Shown: piece after piece, positions 37,111-52,070 of the stretch
Layout of the letters: each line of letters opens with the position of its first letter
Position numbering within the stretch: position 1 is the stretch's first letter
Source of the DNA: Octopus sinensis
Taxonomy: Eukaryota
Direction of reading: 5' to 3'
Assembly (NCBI RefSeq): GCF_006345805.1
Contig: NC_043000.1
Coordinates: 137,516,001-137,580,000 of the forward strand
Length of the DNA stretch: 64,000 nucleotides
Program-made: the position numbers and the translations under genes
The notes under the pieces: generated by a model
What the model saw: the letters and a program-made list of their open reading frames with translations, nothing else
The model's database searches: none
Told to the model about the DNA's origin: nothing

Positions 37111-37996
37111 CTAAAATAGTGTAATAATAAATTATTATTACCAGTGGGCTAGCACAAAAAAACAATTAGTCATTAGACTATATATTATTCATATAGAAAT
37201 ACAATAAGAGGCTTCCAAATAGGAAAGCGTTTTATTATGTTTAAATATTGTTTGATAAATTTGTTCGTAAATTTTTTACCGGCATCCTCTCTGTCGCTAG
37301 GTATGATTTGCGTCTGCGCAGAGGTTTGAAAAGTTAGGATTTACAAACCGTTAGATCTACATGTAGATCTAACAGTCTGTACATCAGGATTATTAAGGCT
37401 GTCCCACTGAAGAAACTTGCCTTCGGCAAATATATTTTTTTTGTTGGAAATAGTTAGAAACCGTCGGTCTGGGATATAGTTGAGATGGTAAATGTTTTTA
37501 ATTTTCATTTCTTTCATGAATTTATCCCTTTTTGTGTTCTAGCACAGCGCTTTCCTATTTGGAAGCCTCTTATTGTATTTCTATATAAATAATATATAGT
37601 CTAATGACTAATTCGTTTTTTGTGCTAGGTCACTGATAATAATTATTTATTATTACTCTATTTTATTATGTTTAAATATTGTTTGATAAATTTGTTCGTA
37701 AATTTTTTACCGGCATCCTCTCTGTCGCTAGGTAGGATTTGCGTCTGCGCAGGGGTTTGAAAAGTTAGGATTTACAAACCGTTAGATCTACATGTGGATC
37801 TAACAGTCTGTACATCAGGATTATTAAGGTTGTCCCACTGAAGAAACTTGCTTTCGGCAAATATATTTTATTTGCTGGAAATAGTTAGAAACCGTCGGTC
37901 TGGGATATAGTTGAGATGGTAAATGTTTTTAATTTTCATTCTTTTTATGAATTTTTGTGTTCTAGCACAACGCTTTCCTATTTGGAAGCCTCTTAT

Positions 37997-37998
<2 letters not shown>
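37111..37998. repeat. 431-bp-period direct repeat preceded by an inverted copy of its 3' end (PLE-like terminal architecture)
   Basis: 37230-37660 is repeated at 37661-37998. 37111-37229 is the reverse complement of ~37546-37664. A 24-bp palindrome lies at 37350-37373. Confidence 0.85.
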
Positions 37999-38049
<51 letters not shown>

Positions 38050-40062
38050 GTATATATATTCATCCATCCAGAGGCATATGTATACATGCATGTAGAGGGA
38101 GTGATTTTAAGAAAGAGATGAGGGATCGTTGCTCAGCAACAGGATTTACTACTGTTTTCCCTATCTAACGAATATGCTTTTCGTATCATCTTTTCATTGA
38201 TTCCATTAAAACACTTGATTTGCGGAGTGACATAATGCGTGATTAACAGCCTTTCGTTTTTATTGTATTTTGGGGTTTATTGTTTAAGGCCTTTTCCCAA
38301 TTTCTCTATTTAGAAATAATCCTTTCCAAAGCGTGGTTTTCAAGTACCTTGTCAATTATCCGCTGTTCTGTATATGCAGCAGAATATATTCTTTTATATA
38401 CTTATCCAGGACACATTTGCCAAAAAAATGTTACTTACTTAAGAGTGCAATACGCGATATTATTGCATTTTAGTTATAATATCTGTAAAATGTAACATTC
38501 ATTTGACTTTTTTTATAATGTTAACTTGTTCGTAATTTCTTGCGTATGTTTTTCTGAATCATGCAATATAACTATACTATAATGGGTAATTTAAATAGTG
38601 CTTATATCTAGAGGATTCAATGATTTATGCACAATGCAAACTATTTCAACCGGTTTTCTTATTCGGTTGAACCACTGTCATTCCTAACTTACGTTTTTCT
38701 ATGACAATTCAAATAATTTCATTCATAATGCTTGTTATCACGAGATTTGTACTGAGTAATGTCGACATGACATGAGATGAATTATTTTGTCACGTGTTTG
38801 TACAAATGAGTGCACCGTTTCGCATATTTAAATGAGAATTCAAAGTTTGTCAATTCTGATATTTGTAAAGAAATACAAATGCAGATAAAGTGTTACTAGA
38901 GTCTGAAATATTTCTATTTGGGAGAAAAAATATTACCTGATAATCGATTACGAAAATGTGTACTGAATGAGTTTCATGTTGAAGTTTGTGTACTTCATAC
39001 ACCATGTCTTATGCTTAGAGAAATCGGCCAATATATATTGGCGTTTCAATTATTGTTTGCCTGCATGCTTTTCAAGGACATTATCGAGATAATTTAAGTA
39101 TAATGGATACTAGCTACAAACTCGGAAATGGAAATCATGCTACAGATTCAGGTCAACAATAACTAGCCACAGTTCAGCAGAACAAGTGAAGAAACAAAAA
39201 TATTAAAACAGCTTCTTATGCTGAAAACCTTTATGAAATAACTTCGAAAATATTGTATTCGAGGTAATTGAATGATATATTATATTGATAATACGATGTA
39301 TCATGTGTCTATGTCAATTTCGTTTCCGGCCCAGGTTTAACAGGGTCGATGGAAGCTGTAATATTACATATAATGTCTTGCTTTCTATAGTGTATGGTTA
39401 TTGATTTCTAATAGTGTGCTAGAACAGGCACTTGTAAGGTTAGGTTTCTAACATACTGAGACCTACTGCACATATTTATTTAGCGATCTCAGTAAGTATA
39501 TGAACGTCTACGTATACTATGGCTGAATTTGAACTCAGAGAAGAGGAACAAAACATAACATTATAAGTTGTTTTGTTTTTACTGCTAGCTTTATTTAAAC
39601 GGTCTCCATATTGTGCATTATTACTAGTAAGATGTGTTAAGTTTGTTAGAGCTAGTGAACAAAATATTACATCTAGATTAATTGAAGTATAAGCTTCCGC
39701 GAAACCCAAGTTAGTTTGCTCGATGCATCGGCTTTATGACATATACGATGACCCTCAAAGATAGCAGTTAGTACCGAATATTTATTCATAATTTGAAAGA
39801 AATGCGAACAAAAGAGTGTGATATCTGCGACTCGGTAAATATTTATTTTTTCTATTAACTTTTATTAATGTGTGGTTACATAAATGTACTTATACATATG
39901 AATAGGTGAAAATGTTAACTATGAATTTTTTGTTCAAGAATGACTGAAGTTTACAAGCCTAAATATATATATGTATATCTATCTATCTGTCTATCAGTAT
40001 ATATATATATTCACATATATGCATGAATATATAAATCTATCTATCTATCTATACATCTATCT

Positions 40063-40121
<59 letters not shown>

Positions 40122-40289
40122 TGTGTGTGTGCTGTGTATTTATAGTGAAAAATATTGTATGTGATGATTGACGATATAAAGTCTATTTCTCAGCATATTG
40201 GCTAAGGTTTCTTTTCTTTTGCCCTTATAATTGTTTATACATATAAATATATACTTTTAGATATATAAAGTATATATATAGATATAAGG

Positions 40290-40605
40290 CAAATGCGTGG
40301 TTGTGTAGTGAGAAACTTGCTTCCCAACCACATGGTTCTGGGTTCAGTTTCTTCTACAGTAGTCTCAGGACGACCAGAGCCTTGTGAGTGCATATATTTG
40401 TGTGTGTGTGTTTGTCCCCACACACTCACTTGACAACCGATGCTGGTGTGTTCATGTCCCCGTGAGGTAGCAGTTCAGCAAAACACCCCGATAGAGTTAG
40501 TGCCAGATTTATAAAGAATAAGTCCTGGGTTCGATCTGTTCGACTAAAGGCTGTGCTCCAGCATTGCCGCAGTCAAATGACTGAAATAAGTAAAAGAATA
40601 AAAGA
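40290..40605 (+). mobile_element. SINE S1 with internal deletions
   Basis: AACCACATGGTTCTGGGTTCAGT head, TTGACAACCGATGCTGGTG body, GCCGCAGTCAAATGACTGAAA tail. Confidence 0.8.
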
Positions 40606-41071
40606 ATATAGATATGGATATATATATATATATATATCTTAGCGTGTGTGTATCGATAAATGTACTTATTCATACATATATATGTATGTATGTTGGTTTG
40701 TATATATGTATATATATATATATATATACGTTTCTTTGAGTGTGCGTGAATGTGTGTGAGTATGTGTGTGTGTGCATGCATTTAGAGTTATCTTGAGATA
40801 TATCCACATATCTAATCTTTTTATCTTGCTGAAATCCATAAATATATGTCGGATTAATATTTGCTTTTTACTGAGATTACATACATTCTTATACATAATG
40901 ATTGAAACTAAAAAGCAGGCACAGACATAAGCATATACACACACATGTATGTATATATGTGTATATGAGTATATATGCATGTATATATATATATACATGA
41001 ATGTATTTATGTATATATACTCATATATATATTCATATATTCAAATATATATTTACATGTGTGTGCATATG

Positions 41072-41113
<42 letters not shown>

Positions 41114-41973
41114 GAATGTACATAGCAATAATATTTGTCAAAACTACTTCATGTGGATGAGATATTTGGATTGAAAGGATGAAGTAATTTGGCAATATGA
41201 GCATTAGGCATCTATTGCGCAACATGAAGTATTCATGTAAGCCTATTACAGTTCAATTCGATATTAGTCAATATTTACATAAATGATTTTTGCGAGTTAC
41301 ACGTAAAATGCATAGCTACTTGTGTATAGACAAAAAGACAGGCATTCTTATTCCAATGTGAAAGCATTCAATAAAATGTACTTCCGAAACGTTATCCTAC
41401 TATATTTAGTATTACATCCGAACCAGCAATGTAAAAAGTATTGGAAAGAACGCACGTTTATGTGAGTATGTGTATGTGCATGTGTGTGTATGTGTGTGTG
41501 TTTGTGTGTGTGCGTGCATGTCTGTGTGTATGTGAGTGTGTGTATCAACATACACATTTACATGTACGGCACTAGAGCGATGTTATTGAATAAAATCATA
41601 TTCTACTCAGGAAAGAATTAATCGTAATGCGAATATATATTTATTATATTAATTTTACGAGGAAGTATTCTGTTATATATTCATCCGTTTTATTCAAATT
41701 TCAGTAATTATATCGGTGGATATTGAATATTCCGTAGTTATTTGATGGAAGTTTCTATCGATATCTTCGTCATCTAGTTTTATATTTTCTCTTGTCATTC
41801 ATATTTTTTTATGCAGTTTCCCCCTGTAAACCATTAATAATTTTTTTTTAAATGGCTATTTCCAAGCTTGTGTCTGTACTGTTATGGAAAGGAAATATTT
41901 TCAGTTGCTTTTGCAGCAGTGGATATAATTAATAATGCGAGAAGTGTATACACATAAGTGTGTGTGTAAAATG

Positions 41974-42022
<49 letters not shown>

Positions 42023-42077
42023 TATATATATATATGTGTGTGTGTGTGTTATATATTTATTATGTATATATATATAT

Positions 42078-42300
42078 GGCTGAGTAGTAAGAAGCTTGTT
42101 TTCCAGCCACATGGTTCTGGGTTCAGTCCCACTGCGGGGCATCTTGGACAAGTGTCTTCTTCTATAGCCTCGGGCCGACCAAAGAGTTGTGAGTGGATTT
42201 ACTTGACGGAAACTGAAAGAAGCCCGTCGTATATATATATATATATATACGGTGCTCCAGCATGGCCGCAATCAAATGACTGAAAAAATGAAAAGAATAA
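42078..42300 (+). mobile_element. SINE S1 lacking the central part after the microsatellite
   Basis: The head and GAAAGAAGCCCGTCG(TA)n are joined directly to GGTGCTCCAGCATGGCCGC. Confidence 0.85.
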
Positions 42301-44194
42301 AAAAAAATAAGCTCAATTCCATAATATACTTACACACACATACATGCAAATAAGTGAACAAAAGAAATGTTAAAGAGTAGCCACTCAACGCATTTGACAG
42401 GAAATATGTATATTTAACTGCAGTTCAACTCGACTGATGCTCTAAAACAGATTAGAGAGTTTAAAAGAAATTCTAAATGGCTTATAAATTTATGGATGTC
42501 TCGTGGTCAGCTTCGGTCGCGTTTTTGCCTCACTTTGTAAGTAACGTCATTTTCATCACTTTTTATGTCCACGTGATCTGGACATGTTGCCTGGACGCTG
42601 GTACCACTCTGACGGAAGGTTGCAGTATGGTATATTCAATATCGACAATCCCTTACATATAGAATTCTAAAGGCGAGCCAGCAGTCATTTTCGTGTGAGT
42701 AATCACATAACTGTGTTTCATATGTATAAAAATGTCATGCAGCATAGAATATAAGTTGTTTCAACAAGATGCGATGGTTATTATGAATGGCATCCAACGA
42801 ATAAACAAGGATTCAACGTAGAGAGTTGGGCAATCTTGCACACAGTGCGTCTCATCAGTTAAACTTACGGCTGTGGTGGATCGTCTGCAAGAACAGAACC
42901 AGAAGTTGTTTCAATGAAAATTATGTTATGTGACAACATGATTTTGTCATATTACTACCATTTGAATATTGTGAAAACGCTCAGTTAAATACACGTTACG
43001 TGAATATACTTTTTATGATTAGAAATAAATGGTCCAGAGTTAGAAATGAGCTAAGAATTAAAAAGTTAATATTCTTTATCACTAAAAAGAAAATGTTTGT
43101 ATAATATTTTTAACAGCTCTCAAAGATTCATCACTATCTACATTAGTTTAACCACCCGTAAACTTAGGAGCATGGAATTGTAACTGGTAGAGGTAAGCTA
43201 AACATCAAACTCATAAATAATGGTTCGAATTCCTATTGGTATGTTAAACTGAATAAGATGCTACATTCTATGGATAGAATGAAAATATCACAGTCAGAAA
43301 GAAACAATTTACCACATGCATTTCTACTTGACAGAGAGGAAATTCGCGAGCAAATAGTGCTTATATATTGACTGATCGTGATATTACCTGTAAAGTTCCA
43401 CAGAATTAATGATATAAATACACTCCATCTCGGTAGAAACACCGGTAGAAATAGCTAAAGACCAATCCATACTGAAGGCAACACTAGTAAACAGTGGTTA
43501 TTCGCTACCTGAGAATATTTAGGAAGAGAGCTAACTGAGTCTTTAGCAGCTGTAAAACAGAGAAACCAGTGGCTTTTATCTGAATTCCTAGATGCAGGAA
43601 ATGCTTCTATGAGTTTAATTTTACAGTCAGATTAAATATGAGTGTAACTGCTAATATTTATGACTATACGTAGTACTATGCAAGCGGCAAATTCGAGGCC
43701 CATTAATGTGTTAACGCTTCTGCCAGCTCACCGACGTAGAACGTAAACATTCATATTAGAAATATATTCTTTATTCTTATTGCTTAAGCGTTAATCCCTT
43801 ACTTATTGTCATTAAATTTCGTAACATTTTACCTCATAACTGTTTTCCTACTCATTTTTGTTCAATGCGACTGGTGATTCTGAATTCTCTATGTATTTTG
43901 TTTATCCTTTCAGCCTAAGAAAAGTATACTTTAAATCTAAAATTTAAAAAATTATGTTAATTGAAGCTGAATATCTACATCACTGCCCCCCGCCCCTCGA
44001 TAAGGTCACATATTTTGATGTAACTTTTTTTCTACTAAACCACATCTCAAATTATTTATGCCAAACAATTGACAGTTTGCAATTTAGTTGAGAATTGAAT
44101 TAGTGGTGAAGCTTGGAAGCTGCTGCGATTGACGAAATGGTGGACTTAAGAATATATTCAACCCCTACCGTGCTTGAATGATAAATATTCATTT

Positions 44195-44585
44195 ATTCTT
44201 TTATTTATTTCAGTCACTCGATTGTGGCAATGCTGGAGCACCGCCTTGAGGAGTTTCAGTCGAACAAATCGATCCCTGGACTTGCTTTTTAGGCCTAGTA
44301 TTTATTCCATCAATCTTTGTTTCCTGAATCGCTAAGTTACAGGGAGGTACACGCATCAACACCGGTTTCCAAGCAGTGATGGTGGGACAAACACAGACTC
44401 ATAAACACGGACACATAGATATATACATATATATACAACGGGCTTGTATCAATTTCCTTCTACCAAATCCACTCTTGAGACTTTGGTCGGCCCATGGCTT
44501 AGAAGACACCTGTCCCAGGTGCCACCCAATGGGACTGTGCCCGGAACCATGTTGTTGGAAGCAATCTTCTTATCACACAGCTACG
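44195..44585 (-). mobile_element. SINE S1
   Basis: Reverse complement of the S1 head, internal (TA)/(CA) tract and tail. Confidence 0.8.
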
Positions 44586-47500
44586 TATATATACATATGT
44601 ATATGTATGTATGTATTTATGTATATATGTATGTCTGTGTGTGTGCGTATATATATATATATATATGTGCGTGTGTGTGTATATATATAGCGATAGATAG
44701 AGATAACTAGATAGATAAACAGATAGATAGATGTATGTATGTCCCACTATCTTATTCAGAGTTTTTTTTACAAGTCCCTGCGTGTCATGGATCTTTTCAA
44801 TAAGAGCTCAAGCGAGTTACATAATATAAACGATTTTTCAAGTTTTGTATTTTACCATTTCTAAGTTTACTTCAATCTATGAGTTTCTCATTTCTTTGAT
44901 GATGCGTAAATGAATATTTAGAATCTCTGTAACAAATGGAAATGTAGCTCAAAGTTATCCTAAAAGCGAATATATGGTCCAAATGCCTTAAGGTGAAGAC
45001 TCCGGTAAATACACCATGAGCAGGTGGTTGTGTAAGACTGGAGTGTTGTACTAAGTCTAGTGCACCTCCAGCTTGCCTCCAGACACTTTCTAGATATAAC
45101 ATTGTACTGAGAAGGTGTAATTTTGTTCGAGACAGTAGTTAAATATACTTGCACAGATATGTGACTGTTGTCCTACAAATTCATCGAACAATGAAATAAT
45201 GCTGCATTGATTAAATGACAGGCTTCGTCCAGTTAGGGATGTCGTAGTTAATGTTCATAAGAGATACGTCTACTTGACTGACTCAGTCTCTGATCACAGT
45301 TGTATCACGTGCATACTACTTTGCACGCACATTTGCATGTCGACTCTTTCTTCCTATGTTAAATATTTCTGCTAATATATTAAAGCAGCATAACAACCAG
45401 TCAAAACGACACTCATCCGATGTAACTTTAACGGTACTCATTCATTTTGTTGAACACATTTTTCTGTAAACAACTTCAACAAGTTATTATTCTAAATTAT
45501 TAGTCTCCAAATCATTATATTCTCACCAAAGTCGTTTTAAAGATTAGAGATGGACATAAAGGCGGTCGATTGTGATAAAACTGAAAGCAAAATTTCATGA
45601 GGTACACTTCATGATGTTCATATATCCATAAAAGTGACATTCTAATCTAGTAGAGAAATATAGCAATCTTTCGATGTTCGTAGACATTCATCACATTGGA
45701 CAATATGTAGGATAAGCACATATCTTTTCTTGTTTGAAGAAACAGCGTAAAATCTTTTATTTCTGAAGACAATCATATCTGGATTCGAGTTTTAAGAAGA
45801 CCTCCGGAGAACCTCTTTGATAGCTGAAGGTAATCTATAATACAAATAAACATTTTGAGAGTTCTGCTTCCATATTTAATGTAAGTTCAAAGAAAATGTA
45901 GAAGCCATTTCTTGACTTGGATCTGTCTTTGAAAAGATATTTCAGATTAAAAGAAAATTTATAACTTGAATAGGATAAAGGACATTTAACCTCTATCCGC
46001 TATTCTGTTATAAATAATTTAATTGTGCATTAAAATGCGGAGCCTGCATGCCTAGAGCCTATATGTCTATGAACCACTTTAATTCTTAAACATTCTTTTG
46101 AAGATTTCGTTTGATTGATATACGTATATAATGTTAAAACAAAATATACTTTGCTAAAAGGCTGCACACCCGCTGGGAACAAAGGTGAATAATCGGACGT
46201 GAATTAAAATCCTGACAATTAGATTTAGTGGAGTATAGATGACGTTGTTTTCAAACAGAAGTAATCAAATAAAATATGATAATGCATGTCTGAACGCCAT
46301 TTTGTGAAGTCATTAAACGCTTGAGGAACGTTGAACAAAATAAACAAAATCAACATAAGTTGAATATAAATCGTTTTTTATGCAAACACATTGTTCGCTA
46401 AAGGAAATGATGCGAAAGTTCTGATCGTCATGACAAATCGGCTAATTTGTATATGGGTAATTAATTGCTAACCAAAACATAAAAACAAACATAAACTAGT
46501 AGTCACAGGAGAAGAAATCAAGTGAAACACTGCAAGAATGAACTCAGCGAAAGTAGTGATTACAAATTCAGATGACATAAAGTTTAATAGCAAGATACCT
46601 ATGGCTTGTTACTTCACGCACCATACGATAAAACATTTTGCTTTACTTGTACGTCGAGTGATAATAGCTGGAAACACACCAACCGCATCATTGGTTTTAC
46701 ATACGTAAGTACTAAACTAACCAAAAGCTCAGATAAGTGAAACCAATGAGAATATTTCAGCGTTACGATTTATTGGAGAACTTAATATATAACCATGTTA
46801 AAACAATACCAAAAAGAAGACAAAAGAATGCAAACAAAAACAGAATGTAAACCACAATAAGAGCAGTAGAATTTTATTTAGTTTAGTGATAAAACATGAA
46901 TGTGTATACAGGTAATATTGTTCTTTATTAACGAAAAAAAAATCCCAACAGGAAAATATTCCGAGATATTAAAAAACTGTTGAACATCTAAAGGTTGTTG
47001 ATATTGTTGCACAAAACATAAGTTCGGCAATATATTAAATATGATGTTTAACAATATATCAAAGTCCAATGTATATGTTGGAAGCTTTTAAAAATTAAAT
47101 TAAAAAAAAGAAAAAAAAGGACAACAAAATATATCAATAAATACCAAACATCAAAAGATTTAAGTAAACATTGTAAGGTTGGTAAGTTTATGGCAAAATA
47201 AAAAAAAAGATGCAGTTAAAAATATATATTTCGTTAGGAAGTTTTCTGAATTGAAAAGTTTCTATTATATCCTTAAAAGGAAATACAAAGCTTAGAGAAT
47301 CAAGAAAGCAATTCTTTAGATCTCATATTTGAAATAGTATCAACTCAATTTTCTAAAAAAAAAAAGTAAACAAAAATGAAAAAATAACCAAAAAAAAAAA
47401 CAAACTAGCTTGTTATACTTTGTATTTTAGCAATATTTTACAAATCAATACATACATTAGCTAATTCCATTCAGCCACATGAATATAACTAATTAGGTAC

Positions 47501-48514
47501 TACACTACTGCTATGGAACTATGTAAAATAACTACTCAAGTAGGAAATCCGTAAAATCTCTGTATTCGGAATAAGTTATGTTTGCGTAATGATTTTAAGT
47601 GAGATTTCACTACTTGAAGTGTTCTGAAGCGGATATTCGTAAATTATCAAAGCCGCTGAAATGAATGATTCATCTTTGAAATTGCAACTATGAAATAATG
47701 CTGAAATTCGAAAATTTTGTCAAACTAAACTTTTTTGAGTAAAGGAAATCTTTCAATGCATAATTTCTAAATTATATTTCTTTAAAAGTTATTTTAATTC
47801 ATCCGTGCTAAACACCCCCACGCAGTCGTGCTTTTCTTCGTATACTTCAGTTACTTGAGAAAACAAAATACTAGGTAAAGAAACAATTTTGAAATATTAC
47901 GCCACAGAATTGGTATAACCATATGGACACAAGTGTCACACCACTTGTGTCCATCTGTGCATTCATGTGTTCATGCACACGTGTTCGTGTGTTCATGTGT
48001 TCATGCCGCTTGGGCTTTTATACTTCTTCCTTTTCTACAAGTACTTTTTACATGGCCTACATACATTTGTACACGTTGTATTTATTTCTTCTTTACTTAA
48101 CCTTTTTCAATTCAGTCACCTTCATTAACTTTCCTTAAACTCTAGTGCTTTCCTAAGCTTCATTTAATATTATGGAAGGTATCTAACACTAGGTGATCAT
48201 TTCCACTGAAATCAGACGATGGAATAAGTGAAGTCTTCGGGTTCTAGTCTTCTGGAGTACATTAACAGATTTAGTTAAGTAACTACAGTTACAGACTGAT
48301 TCTCTGTTGCAAACTAGATTCAACAACCGCTGTGTGCTTAACATCACTCGAACCCCCTTCATTTTTGTTTATAATTCTACGTCTTCTTCTTTCCATAGTA
48401 AAGTATATGTACACAAAAACGTTAAAATTAACGAGGAAAAATTTTAATTTTCAACACATTCTAAATCTCGCTAATGTTTAATGTATTCCCGATTGATTGT
48501 GAAATTAAACCCTT

Positions 48515-48670
48515 CATTATTTACATTATTTACATTTGACGGATATTTGTCCTTATTTTGTTTGTTGTTAACACAACGTTTCGGCTGATATACCCTCCAG
48601 TCTTCATAAGGTGTATTGGGTAAATTTCTAACCTAGGTTCTCATTCCTAATGTATTTTTCGATGTTGTTG

Positions 48671-48736
<66 letters not shown>

Positions 48737-48811
48737 TCACTGCTTGGAATCGAACTCGGAATTTTGGGGTTAGTAGTCGGCACTCTTAACCACTACACCA
48801 TATGCCCGTGG
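48515..48811 (-). mobile_element. ORF-less tRNA-like + (AAT)n + HHR element, left (minus) arm
   Basis: Homologous to 24900-25150. tRNA-like cassette at 48735-48806, HHR motif at 48570-48615 (core CUUAUGA). Confidence 0.85.
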
Positions 48812-48869
48812 TTAAGAGCGCGGGCTACTAACCCCAAGATTCCGAGTCTGATTCCAGGCAGTGACCTGG

Positions 48870-48944
<75 letters not shown>

Positions 48945-48993
48945 TAAAACAATAATAATGATAATAATAAAACAACAATAATAATGATAAAAC

Positions 48994-49030
<37 letters not shown>

Positions 49031-49152
49031 CAATAATAATAATAAATAATAATAATAATAATAATAATAATATAAAACAATAATAATAATAATGATAATA
49101 ATAATAATAAAACAATAATAATAATAATAAAACAATAATAATAATAAAACAA

Positions 49153-49185
<33 letters not shown>

Positions 49186-49335
49186 AACAATAATAATAAT
49201 AATAATAATAATCCTACGCAGAACACTTTTCATGCAATAACCATCAGAGCATCGTAACAAATCACAGCACACACCCCTTTGCACACAGAGCTGCGCTCGG
49301 TAGTGAAGTGAAAGCACGCTATAAAAATAAAACTA

Positions 49336-49406
<71 letters not shown>

Positions 49407-49601
49407 TAATAATAATAATAATAGGAATGAGAAACCAGGTTAGAAATTTCCCCCAAGACACCTAACGAAGGCTGGGGGGTATATCAGCCGAAACTTTGTG
49501 TTAACAACAAACAAGATGAGGACAAATAACCGTCAAATGGAAATAATGTAAATAGTGTAAATAATGTACATAATTCCTCATCTCTTAAATACAGAACTGT
49601 A
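48808..49601 (+). mobile_element. ORF-less tRNA-like + (AAT)n + HHR element, right (plus) arm, interrupted by an R4-like insertion
   Basis: GTGGTTAAGAGCGCGGGCTACTAACCCC...GTGACC (48808-48866), expanded (AAT)n, HHR motif at 49457-49502 (core CUAACGA) and tail. Confidence 0.85.
49211..49338 (+). mobile_element. R4/Dong-like family B 3' end inside (AAT)n
   Basis: ATCCTACGCAGAACACTT (ILRRTL)...GCACACAGAGCTGCGCTCGGTAGTGAAGTGAAAGCAC...AAACTACTG, the same family as 20149-20547. Confidence 0.85.
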
Positions 49602-49639
49602 TTAAACCCTTGTGTGCATGTTAAGGAGTGGACCTCTAT

Positions 49640-50111
<472 letters not shown>

Positions 50112-50123
50112 TATATATATATA

Positions 50124-50195
<72 letters not shown>

Positions 50196-50242
50196 CATAC
50201 ATATATATATATATACATATATACATATATATATATATACAT

Positions 50243-50315
<73 letters not shown>

Positions 50316-50403
50316 CGTGTTTATAAAACACTGCGTTAGAATTATTCATCGATTTAATTCTACGTCGAAATTTCCATACATTCATGGAAACACATGTTCT
50401 CAC

Positions 50404-50518
<115 letters not shown>

Positions 50519-50532
50519 TCTCTATCTACCTA

Positions 50533-50564
<32 letters not shown>

Positions 50565-50667
50565 CATCTATATAACTAGCTAGCTAGCTAGCTATTTAAC
50601 TGTCTGTCTGCCTACCTGTTTGTCTATCTACCTCCCTCTCTATCTTTCTATGTATCTACCAAGATGT

Positions 50668-50907
50668 TTATTTTATTTCTTTACTGCCCACAAGGGGCTA
50701 AACATAGAGGGGGCAAACAAGGACAGACGAACGGATTAGGTCGATTATATCGACACTGGTGCATAACTGGTACTTGTTTAATCGAGCCCGAAAGGATGAA
50801 AGGCAAAGTCGACGTCGGCGGAATCTGAACTCAGAACGTAACGGCAGACGAAATGCGGCCATGCATTTCGCCAGGCGTGCTAACATTTCTGCCAGCTCGC
50901 CGCCTTA
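50668..50907 (-). mobile_element. SINE family S2, full length
   Basis: Reverse complement starts TAAGGCGGCGAGCTGGCAGAAATGTTAGC, with B-box GAGTTCAGATTCC and the S2 body and tail. Confidence 0.9.
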
Positions 50908-51394
50908 TATCTCTATCTATTCATCTTTATCTTACTCTCACAAAATATATATTGAATAAGTATGCTTATACGTGTTTAAGTGCCTATGTGTGTGTAATGC
51001 GTGAGTGTGCATGTGATTGTTTGTGTCATTTGCCCAAATGAAAGAGTTCTTTGGAGATAAACAGTACATGATCTCATTTACGTTATCGTATTCATTCATT
51101 GATTACAAAGATGACGAGTAGAATCATTAGAGTATCGGGAAAGTACTTTGCGTAATCTCTTTCTAGTCTTTTAGATTTCAGTTCAAATTTGGGCAAGCTC
51201 AACTTTACATATTACCCTTTCTGTGTCAATAAAGTAAAGTACAGAACAAGTATTGAAAACAATTTAAACGACAGATCTGTCTAAATTACAAAGTATTTTT
51301 TCTCTGATTACAAGATGTTCGGGCTAAATTTGACAGTTTGAATGAAGGGAATAGAAAACGAAATATCCCGTCCACAAACTAAAAGTATCGTAAA

Positions 51395-52070
51395 ATTTCA
51401 AATATCAAACAGATTGTGGCTGGGAGATAACAGTTTACTCAAAGTAGCCAGCCTCAGCTTCCACCACGGCCTCAAGACGGCTCTGCAACCTGGCGCATGC
51501 ATTTCTCACTGTGTCCCTAGGAAAATCTTCGAACACTTCTTTAATCTTTGCCATCAGCGTTTAGTGTCTTTCAAAATTGTGCCTCACTCACAATAACCTA
51601 TGATATTACAATCAGAGGATATTACGAGTTAAGATATTGGGGTTGGTGAACCGGTAGACATTATCCGACAGCCATTTCTATCTCTTTCTAGGGATATAGT
51701 AAAGAGCTGAATCTTGCGTACACATGAACTTCCAGAAGCATCACTCTCTAGAAGCCTCAGGTAGCTGATGAATTGAGCCTAAGGCCCAGTTCCAAATTGT
51801 GGGACGGTATGATGTCACATCACCACAGTTTGAAGGAAATTGATTTTCCCTGATACATGGGACACGTCTTCCAGCCTTTACAGCGTTCACAGATCATTGA
51901 GCAGCACTCATGATGTCGGCACTTTGATACTTAGCTCGAATCATTATGATACAAGATACTCTTTCCCAATATTCATATAAATTCCAGTCATTCAAGTCAG
52001 CTAACTTTTTTCTCGACTACAATCTTCATCTTCTCTAACGATTTTGGCTGTTCACCAATATATCAAGATG
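51395..52070 (-). pseudogene. Tc1/mariner-superfamily transposase relic (maT/DD37D-like by motif)
   Basis: Minus-strand pieces GLRLNS, QDSA...KWLSDNVYRFTNPN and LMAKIKEVFEDFPRDTVRNACARLQSRLEAVVEAEAGYFE*. Confidence 0.8.

Noticed and set aside
39081-39262. Possible plus-strand exon (TTTTCAAG acceptor, GAG|GTAATT donor)
   Set aside because: All three frames contain stops and there is no other support.
44872-45154. Overlapping minus-strand ORFs in unique sequence
   Set aside because: Short, with no recognisable domain and a weak splice context.
45600-45850. PDMIVF word on minus, suggesting an RLE domain
   Set aside because: Single motif; the downstream catalytic residues are not identifiable.
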